A stretch of DNA of 64,000 nt from Alphaproteobacteria bacterium (GCA_965216755.1 CBDCGL010000011.1:512001-576000); one strand, 5' to 3'. Shown: positions 10,901-18,754, counted from the first letter of the stretch. Made by a program: numbers and translations. Notes: generated by a model not told the origin, from the letters alone.

Positions 10901-10936
10901 ATACCTAACTGAACGTTCCGAAAATCTGTAACACGA
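10901..10936. repeat. Right copy of the inverted repeat / TetR operator (core CTGAACGTTCCG), upstream of the dehalogenase
   Basis: ATACCTAACTGAACGTTCCGAAAATCTGTAACACGA runs into the GAGGAG SD of the next gene. Confidence 0.7.
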
Positions 10937-10947
10937 GGAGCTTAGCA

Positions 10948-11928
10948 ATGTTGAGACTAGACTTACGTAACCTCTCGGTGGCGTTCGGCATCTTTGCAGG
11001 TGCGGGCCTTGCGCACGCCGCCGAGAAGATTCCGCCGTTGGAGATACCTGCGGCATTTCCTTACGCGTCACACCATATCGAGGTGCTGGGGTCGCAAATG
11101 CATTACGCCGATAAGGGTAGCGGCGATCCTATCGTATTTTTGCACGGCCAACCGACGTCTTCCTACCTGTGGCGTAACATCATGCCGCATTTGGAATCAC
11201 AAGGGCGCGTGGTCGCGCCGGACAATATTGGCTTTGGTAAGTCTGACAAGCCAGACATCGCTTACACTTACGCCGACCACTATCGATATTTAGAAGGGTT
11301 CATTGAAGCGCTCGCGCTGCAAAACATCACGTTTGTGGTCCACGATTGGGGTTCGGCGCTTGGCTTTGACTATGCTGCGAACAACCCGGACAACGTCAAA
11401 GCCATTGCTTTTATGGAAGCAATCGTTGCGCCGCTCTTTCCCGCCGAGAGCTACGATGCGATGCCGCCGCAGTTGGCAGAGTTCTTCACGACCATGCGCG
11501 ATCCCGATCAAGGTCCGAACCTGATGGTCGAGCAAAATTACTTCGTCGAAGGTGTGCTACCCAACTTCATTTCCCGTGAGCTAGACCAGGCGGCGCTCGA
11601 TGTGTATCGGGAACCGTTTGTCGAAAAAGAGTCACGGTGGGCGATCAATCAATGGCCGAACGAGATTCCCATAGCCGGCCAGCCGGAGCACGTTGTTGCC
11701 GTGGTCAAAAACTACAATGCTTGGTTGTTGGAAACCGAAAAGCCGCTGTTATTCCTCTATGCGACGCCCGGTGCATTGAACCCGCCGGATTTGGTTGACT
11801 GGTGGGCGGTGCACGCGAAAAACATGGAAACTGCATATATCGGCAATGGCTTACACTTTGTGCAGGAGGATCGGCCATACGCCATAGGGCGAGAAATCGC
11901 GGACTGGTATCGGCGCATCAACAAGTAG
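10948..11928 (+). CDS. Haloalkane dehalogenase (HLD-II type) with a predicted signal peptide
   Basis: FLHGQPTSSYLWRN, GFGKSDKP, VHDWGS nucleophile elbow, FMEA acid and GLHFVQED base. The hydrophobic N-terminus ends in AHA. Confidence 0.88.
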   Translation: MLRLDLRNLSVAFGIFAGAGLAHAAEKIPPLEIPAAFPYASHHIEVLGSQMHYADKGSGDPIVFLHGQPTSSYLWRNIMPHLESQGRVVAPDNIGFGKSDKPDIAYTYADHYRYLEGFIEALALQNITFVVHDWGSALGFDYAANNPDNVKAIAFMEAIVAPLFPAESYDAMPPQLAEFFTTMRDPDQGPNLMVEQNYFVEGVLPNFISRELDQAALDVYREPFVEKESRWAINQWPNEIPIAGQPEHVVAVVKNYNAWLLETEKPLLFLYATPGALNPPDLVDWWAVHAKNMETAYIGNGLHFVQEDRPYAIGREIADWYRRINK

Positions 11929-12083
11929 ATTGGGTTTTGGCGCCGGAGATTTTTTCGTTGTTCCCTAACCCCCCTTTCGGAAGCGCTGCGTGTTTAAGGG
12001 CAGACCGGCAAGACACGGTCACGCCATCACCAACAACGCAACGTCACCAGCAACACATCAACGCTTCTTAGGGGACTTGACCA

Positions 12084-12596
12084 ATGAACGCACTTCTGAA
12101 GATTTCCGCCGCCGTCGCCGCTTTGACTGTGGTTTCCGTTTCGGCCGCCTCGGCTGACGACATCAACTTCGACTTCACCAAAGTTAAGCAAAAAGCCGCC
12201 GTCGTGAACGTTCTGTCGAACAACGACTTCGGCCCCGGTACCGGCGCCAAGAAGGGCGGTTTGACGGTCAACGGTGTGGTCCAGGACGCGGTCATCGCCG
12301 AAGGCAATGCCACGGTCGCGGTCGGCAACTACGCCGAGGCCTACACCCGCATCGGTACGCTCGAGAACGGTGAGGTCAACGGTGTTCTGCAACGTGCCGT
12401 GATCGCCAAGAACAACGTCAACGTCGCCGCCGGCAACTATGCCTACAGCCGCTTGCACATCGGCACGGCGCGTGACTTCGAGATCAACGGTGTCGTCCAG
12501 CAGGCCGTGATCGCCAAGGACAACGCGGTCGTTTCCGTCGGCAACCACACCACCGCTTGCATGGAAATCGGCACGCTCGGCACCCCCACCTGCTAA
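12084..12596 (+). CDS. Secreted hypothetical protein with three 36-aa beta-rich repeats and a C-terminal Cys pair
   Basis: AGGGGA SD at 12070-12075, Sec signal peptide (ASA|DD, 24 aa), repeats at an exact 108-nt period, strongly biased codon usage and its own terminator. Confidence 0.93.
   Translation: MNALLKISAAVAALTVVSVSAASADDINFDFTKVKQKAAVVNVLSNNDFGPGTGAKKGGLTVNGVVQDAVIAEGNATVAVGNYAEAYTRIGTLENGEVNGVLQRAVIAKNNVNVAAGNYAYSRLHIGTARDFEINGVVQQAVIAKDNAVVSVGNHTTACMEIGTLGTPTC
12264..12587 (+). repeat. Three tandem 108-bp (36-codon) coding repeats
   Basis: The Asn codon of the NGV motif falls at 12270, 12378 and 12486; 15 of 36 residues are invariant across the copies. Confidence 0.92.
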
Positions 12597-12621
12597 GCAA
12601 CGCCAAATCCACCGCTTACAC

Positions 12622-12663
12622 GGCGGAACCCGCGGCAAAGTCCCGGGTTCCGCCTTTCCATTT
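12622..12663 (+). terminator. Intrinsic terminator of the repeat-protein gene
   Basis: 11-bp stem GGCGGAACCCG (12622-12632) / CGGGTTCCGCC (12644-12654), then TTTCCATTT. Confidence 0.75.
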
Positions 12664-12719
12664 CGGATCACCGAAGCGCGCCGCCCGTGGGGACGTTGCT
12701 TTCGTCCCCAACAAAAAAA

Positions 12720-12826
12720 CTAGAGCATTTCACGCTCACATGCGTTCGCATGACATGCTCTATTTAACTGATATCGATCAATTTACCTTCGTTCAACCAA
12801 CTCCGTTTGAACGAAGATTGATCTAA
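12720..12826. repeat. Two-hairpin palindromic element (RIME/BRU-RS-like miniature element)
   Basis: Begins CTAG and ends CTAA. Hairpin 1 is TAGAGCATTTCA/TGACATGCTCTA; hairpin 2 is GATCAAT..CTTCGTTCAA/TTGAACGAAG-ATTGATC. The right end overlaps the DUF1272 stop codon. Confidence 0.6.
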
Positions 12827-13068
12827 CCGCTGGCCCGATGCTTCGGGTTGAAAACGCGCTTGGATGACGCTGGCGCCCTTGCCAGCCGATCTGCCGGCCG
12901 GATTGGCCGGCGCACCAATTCACCGCCGCAATTTGGGCAGCGACCTTGCAAAATCGTCGCCGCGCAGTCGCGGCAGAATGTGCACTCGAACGAACAGATC
13001 ACCGCATCGTTTGTGTCTGGTGGCAAGTTGCGGTCGCAACACTCGCAGTTCGGGCGCAGTTCAAGCAT
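12823..13068 (-). CDS. DUF1272 family small Cys-rich protein
   Basis: MLELRPNCECCDR..ICSFECTFC..CPNCGGELVRRP signature. Start trimmed to ATG 13068. Confidence 0.88.
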   Translation of the reverse strand: MLELRPNCECCDRNLPPDTNDAVICSFECTFCRDCAATILQGRCPNCGGELVRRPIRPADRLARAPASSKRVFNPKHRASG

Positions 13069-13499
13069 CGTCCAAGCAATTCCTTCATCCAACACGCGAT
13101 CAGACTCAATCATGGCGATTGTGCCACTGTCCGCCAGGTTCATCACGGCATCAATGTTGGCCTTTGTTTCCCTGCCATGACTTTTGGGCGGCGACATGCA
13201 TCAAATGCTTGGATCGTGGCCGACTCCTTGCTAAGTCATAGGGGCATTGTCCGGGGCCGGGGTCAGCACGGAATGTCGCAACCTGTCGAATGACAGTGTT
13301 CGCCCGATAAACCGTAACGCCTTGCGCCTATGTTTAAGTGCCGGCACAGTGCGCGTGCAAACGCATCCCGCATAGAGGTTTCACGATTGATGGTGCGTTC
13401 GGTGCCATCGCGCAAACGATTGCGGTGGTTACCGGCATGCCGGGTTGATTGAGCAACGCACGCGAGGCGAATCAGAACGCAAGGGGAGGCAATTGGCCC

Positions 13500-14360
13500 A
13501 TGCGATACGAGGCTCCCACAACGGTTGACGACGCGGTAGCGTTGCTCGCAAATGGACAAGGTATGAATAAGGTCCTGTCGGGCGGCACGGATTTGCTCGT
13601 CCAACTACGCGCCGGCTTGATCGAGCCGGATCTTATCGTCGATATCAAGAAAATCGACGAAATGCGGTCGATCAGCGCCGAAGATGGCGGTTTTCGCATT
13701 GGTGCTGGTGTAACCGGTGCCGAGCTCGGCGAACATCAGGCACTAAAGGCAGCTTGGCCCGGAGTCGTTGAGGGCACGGAGCTGATTGGTTCGACGCAGG
13801 TTCAAGGTCGTGCAACCATCGGCGGCAATTTATGCAATGCCTCCCCGGCTGCCGACAGCGTCCCGGCGATGATTGCCGCAGGCGCCATTGCCTCGGTGGC
13901 GGGGCCGAACGGTCGTCGCGATGTGCCAATTGAAGACATCGTCACCGGACCAGGACAGACCTCACTGGCAAGGGATGAAATCGTTGTTTCGTTCTTCCTG
14001 CCGGCGCGACCGGCTCATGCGGGCGACGCCTATCTGCGCTTCATTCCACGGACCGAAATGGATATCGCGGTGGTTGGGGCTGGCGTAAATCTGGTGCTCG
14101 ATGCGGGCGGCACGTGCACCAACGCACGGGTGTCCTTGGGCGCGGTCGCGGCGACGCCTTTGTTGGTTGCAGAAGCGGCCGATGCGCTGATCGGTACCAA
14201 AGTCGATGATGCGGCCTTGGACAAGCTGGCCACGGCAGCGAGCGCGGCTGCCAAGCCGATTGACGACAAACGCGGCACCAAAGAGTTTCGAATTAAGGTT
14301 TCCGGCGTATTGGCTCGAAGGGCGGCAAAGCAAGCGCTTGAGCGGGCGGGGAGTCACTAA
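13500..14360 (+). CDS. Xanthine dehydrogenase-family FAD-binding (medium) subunit
   Basis: SGGTDLL, IGSTQV, ATIGGNLCNASPAADS and DDKRGT motifs. ATG follows GGGGAGG. Confidence 0.92.
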   Translation: MRYEAPTTVDDAVALLANGQGMNKVLSGGTDLLVQLRAGLIEPDLIVDIKKIDEMRSISAEDGGFRIGAGVTGAELGEHQALKAAWPGVVEGTELIGSTQVQGRATIGGNLCNASPAADSVPAMIAAGAIASVAGPNGRRDVPIEDIVTGPGQTSLARDEIVVSFFLPARPAHAGDAYLRFIPRTEMDIAVVGAGVNLVLDAGGTCTNARVSLGAVAATPLLVAEAADALIGTKVDDAALDKLATAASAAAKPIDDKRGTKEFRIKVSGVLARRAAKQALERAGSH

Positions 14361-14836
14361 TGTCTAAAATTCACGTCACGACCACCGTCAATGGTGATGA
14401 GGCCGAGTTCTTGTGCGAGGCCGACGAAACGCTCTTGGACGTGTTGCGCGACCAGTTGCATCTGACCGGCAGCAAAGAGGGTTGCGGCTCGGGCGACTGT
14501 GGCGCATGTAGCGTGATGCTGGACGGCCGATTGGTGTGTTCGTGCTTGGTGCTGGGCGCCGAAGTTGGTGGCCGCGCGGTGGAGACGATCGAAGGCATGG
14601 CCGACGGCGAAAAGCTTCATCCCTTGCAACAGCGCTTCTTGGATCATGCGGCGCTGCAATGCGGTATCTGCACACCTGGTTTCCTGATCGCGGCAAAGGC
14701 ATTGCTGGAAAAGAACCCGGATCCAACCGAGACAGAAGTACGGTATTGGCTGGCCGGGAACCTGTGCCGCTGCACGGGTTATGACAAGATCATAAGGGCC
14801 GTCATGGACACGGCCGCCGAGATGAGAGGATCGTGA
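14360..14836 (+). CDS. Xanthine dehydrogenase-family 2x[2Fe-2S] (small) subunit
   Basis: GCGSGDCGAC...SC and QCGICTPG...NLCRCTGY motifs. Confidence 0.94.
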   Translation: MSKIHVTTTVNGDEAEFLCEADETLLDVLRDQLHLTGSKEGCGSGDCGACSVMLDGRLVCSCLVLGAEVGGRAVETIEGMADGEKLHPLQQRFLDHAALQCGICTPGFLIAAKALLEKNPDPTETEVRYWLAGNLCRCTGYDKIIRAVMDTAAEMRGS

Positions 14837-14838
14837 CC

Positions 14839-17136
14839 ATGGCATCCCAAGTCAGTCCGAAAGAGAAAGATCTGAAATGGGTCGGGACACGCGCGCCGCG
14901 CCCTGATGGCGTGGACAAGGTGACAGGCCGGGCCAAGTTCGGTGCGGATTTGTATCTACCTGGCATGCTGGTCGGCAGGGTGTTGCGCAGTCCGCACGCG
15001 CACGCGCGCATTCGCTCGATCGATATTTCGAAAGCCGAGGCCATACCGGGCGTGAAAGCCATCATCACCCGCGATGACTTTGCGGATATGGAGTCCGAGC
15101 TGGTGCCGGCCGGCGAAATGATGGTCAACTACCGCGACGTCGTTCGCAATGTCATGGCGCGCGAAAAAGCTCTGTACGATGGTCATGCCGTTGCCGCGGT
15201 GGCAGCGACCAGCGCTGCCGCGGCGCGTAAGGCGCTCAAGGCCATCGAAGTTGACTACGAAGTGCTGCCGCACGTCGTCAACGTGTTGGACGCGATGAAA
15301 TCGGATGCCCCAATCCTTCATGAAGACATGATCACCGTGGGCGTCGACCCGGCGCCGGCCAAGGCGTCAAATGTGGCGAAAGTCATCGAGATTGGCATCG
15401 GCGATGTTGCGACCGGATTTGACCAGGCCGATGTCGTTCTGGAGCGCGAATACGATACCGAGGCCGTGCATCAGGGCTATATCGAACCCCACGCCTGCGT
15501 TGCCAGTGTGTCAGAGGACGGACAGGCTGAGTTGTGGTGCTGCACACAGGGCCATTTCGTTGTGCGCGCGTTTTGCGCGCGGCTCCTGGGGATGGACATA
15601 TCCAAGATTCGCGTGACCGCGTCCGAAATCGGCGGCGGTTTCGGCGGCAAGACGGTTGTCTATTTGGAACCACTGGCATTGGCCCTGTCGCGAAAAGCGT
15701 GCCAGCCGGTGAAAATGGTCATGACCCGCGACGAAGTGTTTCGTGCCAGCGGCCCAACTTCGGGCGCCAACGTTTGGGTCAAGATCGGTGCGACCAGGGA
15801 CGGCAAGATGATCGCGGGCGAGGCTGTCCTCAAATATCAAGCTGGCGCATTTCCGGGGTCGCCGGTGCAGCCGGGTGCCATGTGCGCGTTCGCGCCCTAT
15901 GACATGGAGAACGTGAAAGTCGTCGGCTATGACGTCGTCACCAACCGACCGAAAGTGGCGGCATATCGTGCGCCCGGCAGCCCGATCGCGGAATATGCCG
16001 TCGAATCGTTGGTCGATGAGCTGGCGAAGGAACTCGGCAAGGATCCTGTGGCGCTGCGTTTGCAGAATGCGGCGAAGAAGGGCACACAGGCCGCGTATGG
16101 GCCAAAGTTCGGCGATGTCGGCTTGGTCGAGACCCTTGAGGCCGTGAAAGAGCATCCACACTATAAGGCGCCGTTGGGACCGAACCAGGGGCGTGGTATC
16201 GCTTCGGGATTCTGGTTCAACATTGGCGGTGAAACCTGTGCATCAATTAGCATCAATGAAGATGGTTCGGCGATGTTGCAGGTTGGAACACCGGATATCG
16301 GCGGTTCGCGCGCGTCCATGTGCATGATGGCCGCGGAGGAACTGGGTATGGATTTGGACAAGATCCGCCCGGTGATCGCGGATACCAGTGCCCTCGGCTA
16401 CACGTTCTTGACCGGTGGCAGCCGGGTCACGTTTTCCAGTGGCATGGCGGTGGTCCAAGCGGCACGCGACGTTATCGATGAAATGCGTGCCCGAGCAGCC
16501 AAGACATGGGATATACCGGTAGATGCTGTCGAATGGGACGATGGCTACGCCCGGCCAACCAGCAGCAATGCTGGGGATTTCGAACCTTTGTCGCTGGCGG
16601 ACATTGCCATGAACGCGGGAAAAACCGGGGGGCCGATTGCTGGCCATGCGCAAATTAACGCACAAGGTGCTGGGCCAACTTTTGGCACGCACTTGGTTGA
16701 CGTCGAAGTGGACAAAGAGACCGGTCGGGTAACGGTGGTGCGCTACACGGCTGTGCAGGACGCCGGCAAAGCGGTTCATCCAAGTTACGTCGAAGGCCAG
16801 ATCCAAGGTGGGGCCGTGCAAGGTATCGGTTGGGCCTTAAACGAGGAGTACATCTATAACGATGACGGTTGCCTCGATAATCCGGGTTTCCTGGACTATC
16901 GAATCCCCGTTGCGTCGGATGTGCCGATGATCGATGCCGTGATCGTTGAGGTGCCGAATACGCGTCATCCGTATGGCGTGCGCGGCGTTGGCGAGACGCC
17001 CATCGTGCCACCAATGGCAGCCATCGCGAATGCGGTCGCCGACGCGTTGGACATCCGGTTCACGCATTTGCCGATGTCGCCGCCTCATGTTCTGCACGAA
17101 CTTGAACGGAGCGGAACCAAAGTCGGCAACGGCTGA
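14839..17136 (+). CDS. Xanthine dehydrogenase-family molybdopterin-binding (large) subunit; substrate unknown
   Basis: HQGYIEPH, GGGFGGK, AYRAPG, EGQIQGG and GVGE motifs. Confidence 0.92.
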   Translation: MASQVSPKEKDLKWVGTRAPRPDGVDKVTGRAKFGADLYLPGMLVGRVLRSPHAHARIRSIDISKAEAIPGVKAIITRDDFADMESELVPAGEMMVNYRDVVRNVMAREKALYDGHAVAAVAATSAAAARKALKAIEVDYEVLPHVVNVLDAMKSDAPILHEDMITVGVDPAPAKASNVAKVIEIGIGDVATGFDQADVVLEREYDTEAVHQGYIEPHACVASVSEDGQAELWCCTQGHFVVRAFCARLLGMDISKIRVTASEIGGGFGGKTVVYLEPLALALSRKACQPVKMVMTRDEVFRASGPTSGANVWVKIGATRDGKMIAGEAVLKYQAGAFPGSPVQPGAMCAFAPYDMENVKVVGYDVVTNRPKVAAYRAPGSPIAEYAVESLVDELAKELGKDPVALRLQNAAKKGTQAAYGPKFGDVGLVETLEAVKEHPHYKAPLGPNQGRGIASGFWFNIGGETCASISINEDGSAMLQVGTPDIGGSRASMCMMAAEELGMDLDKIRPVIADTSALGYTFLTGGSRVTFSSGMAVVQAARDVIDEMRARAAKTWDIPVDAVEWDDGYARPTSSNAGDFEPLSLADIAMNAGKTGGPIAGHAQINAQGAGPTFGTHLVDVEVDKETGRVTVVRYTAVQDAGKAVHPSYVEGQIQGGAVQGIGWALNEEYIYNDDGCLDNPGFLDYRIPVASDVPMIDAVIVEVPNTRHPYGVRGVGETPIVPPMAAIANAVADALDIRFTHLPMSPPHVLHELERSGTKVGNG

Positions 17137-17154
17137 TAGAGCCTAAATTCAAAC

Positions 17155-17400
17155 ATGGCGCGCGTTGTCCTGCCGAACTCGTTGCGGATTTACACGGACG
17201 GAGAGCTTGAGTTTGATCTCGACGTCCGTGATATCCGCGATTTGTTGGATCAGCTTGGCGCGCGCTATCCGAAATTGAAGCCCCATGTCGAGGAAGGCAT
17301 GGCGGTCGCCATAGACGGTCAGATCTATCAGGATACCTGGCTGGAACCCATCGCGGCCGATAGCGAGGTCTACATTATTCCCAAGATCGCGGGCGGGTAA
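17155..17400 (+). CDS. MoaD/ThiS-family ubiquitin-like sulfur carrier
   Basis: 81 aa with a beta-grasp-like pattern (VAIDG..) and C-terminal IPKIAGG. Confidence 0.88.
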   Translation: MARVVLPNSLRIYTDGELEFDLDVRDIRDLLDQLGARYPKLKPHVEEGMAVAIDGQIYQDTWLEPIAADSEVYIIPKIAGG

Positions 17401-17404
17401 CACA

Positions 17405-17434
17405 ACTCCGCACGACGCATGTTTCGTGCGGAGT
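17405..17434. terminator. Hairpin between convergent genes (possible terminator)
   Basis: 11-bp perfect stem ACTCCGCACGA / TCGTGCGGAGT, with no clear U tract. Confidence 0.45.
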
Positions 17435-17508
17435 CGGAACATCCCAGTGTTCGTTGAAGCTGCCGCGGGTGTGGCTGCAGAAAAAGCATTGCCGGGGTAT
17501 CGCTTAGC

Positions 17509-18723
17509 CTATTCTTTCGGGTGCATGCGCCAGTTGCGGCTGGTCAGGCCAGTCGTTTCTTGCGGAGGATGGGCGCGCAGGCCTTCTTCGTTGGGCTCGG
17601 TGCCCCAACCCGGCGTGTCAGGAACGACCAAATAGCCGTCTTCGATTGGCGGTTCCACAGTAAATAGTTCATGATCCCATTCGAGCCGGTCGATATCGAT
17701 TTCCATGATCCGCAAGTTGGGTACCGCGGCGGCAAAATGCGCGTTCATCATTGTCGACAGATGGCCGTAAAAGTTATGCGGTGCAACGTTGACCTCATGG
17801 GCATCGGCGCAAGCGGCGATCTTCATGGATTGCCAAACTCCGTTCCAGACGGCATCGATAATCGACACGTCGACCGCTTCCTCACGGAAATAAGGCAAGA
17901 ACTCGCGTAGCCCGAGCAACGTTTCACACGAGCTGATCGGGTGCGTGCTTTGCTGGCGAATGTGTGCGAGAGCACGCGGGTTGCGGCTGTCGATTTCAAT
18001 CCAGAACATGTCCAGGTCGGCGATCTCACGCAAGATCTTGATGAAACCTTCGGTCTTGGCGTTGAAATTGAGATCGAGAAGAATGTCCATGTCCGGGCCG
18101 GCGCCATCCCGAAACGCTTCCAGGTGTGTTCTGATGTTGCGCAGTACGCGCCGCTCGACATTGAGCTCGGGCTGGAATGGGAAGCCAAATCCGGGGGCCC
18201 AACCGGCGACCCTGTCGCCTTCGTAAATGAAGATGTTGGTTTTGAGCGCGCCAAAACCCTTTTCGCGCACCTCAGCGCCCAACGATTTCACGCCGTCCAA
18301 ATCGGTGATGGCCGGCTTGTAGAATTGTGGCTGACCTATCCGCCAAGTGGCACAGTGCGACCAATAAAGGCGGATCCGGTCTCGCACCTTGCCGCCCAGC
18401 AATTGGTAGCAGGGCACGCCCAGGCTCTTCGCCTTGGCGTCCAGCATGGCATTCTCTATGGCGCCGAGCCCCTCTGCGACCACGCCACTCGCCGCTGGTC
18501 GGGTCGCGCAATAGAGGTCCGCATAGATCCGCTCATGATCGGCAACTGACTTGCCGACGACCCGCTGGGTCAACCGCTTGACGACGGTGCTCACCCCTGG
18601 CGAGCCAAAGCCTTCGTCATATTCGCTCCAACCGACGATACCGTCGTCGGTTACCAGCTTCACGAAATGGTAGTTCCGCCAACCTGCGTCACAGCTCAGC
18701 GTTTCAATGCTCTCGACTTTCAT
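17509..18723 (-). CDS. Mandelate racemase / muconate lactonizing enzyme family protein
   Basis: FVKLVTDDGIVGWSE, AMLDAKAKSLGVPCYQLLGG, metal ligands in LLDLN / WIE / SCE, APHN and PGWG motifs. Confidence 0.88.
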   Translation of the reverse strand: MKVESIETLSCDAGWRNYHFVKLVTDDGIVGWSEYDEGFGSPGVSTVVKRLTQRVVGKSVADHERIYADLYCATRPAASGVVAEGLGAIENAMLDAKAKSLGVPCYQLLGGKVRDRIRLYWSHCATWRIGQPQFYKPAITDLDGVKSLGAEVREKGFGALKTNIFIYEGDRVAGWAPGFGFPFQPELNVERRVLRNIRTHLEAFRDGAGPDMDILLDLNFNAKTEGFIKILREIADLDMFWIEIDSRNPRALAHIRQQSTHPISSCETLLGLREFLPYFREEAVDVSIIDAVWNGVWQSMKIAACADAHEVNVAPHNFYGHLSTMMNAHFAAAVPNLRIMEIDIDRLEWDHELFTVEPPIEDGYLVVPDTPGWGTEPNEEGLRAHPPQETTGLTSRNWRMHPKE

Positions 18724-18754
18724 AAACGTCTCCTGTCGTCAGCGCGGTCCGGAG

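Noticed and set aside
12264-12587. Regular 108-bp periodicity considered as a CRISPR array
   Set aside because: The repeats are degenerate, in frame and conserved at protein level; there are no unique spacers or cas genes.
12027-12671. 214-aa minus-strand ORF with apparent repeats
   Set aside because: It mirrors the codon-biased repeat gene on the + strand, which has the SD, signal peptide and terminator.
13330-13450. Sigma54 promoter candidates upstream of the Mo hydroxylase operon
   Set aside because: The GG-N10-GC spacing is not satisfied at either GGCA site.
14839-17136. Aerobic CO dehydrogenase (coxL) call
   Set aside because: It lacks the Cu-binding AYxCSFR and the form II AYRGAGR motif; it has AYRAPG.
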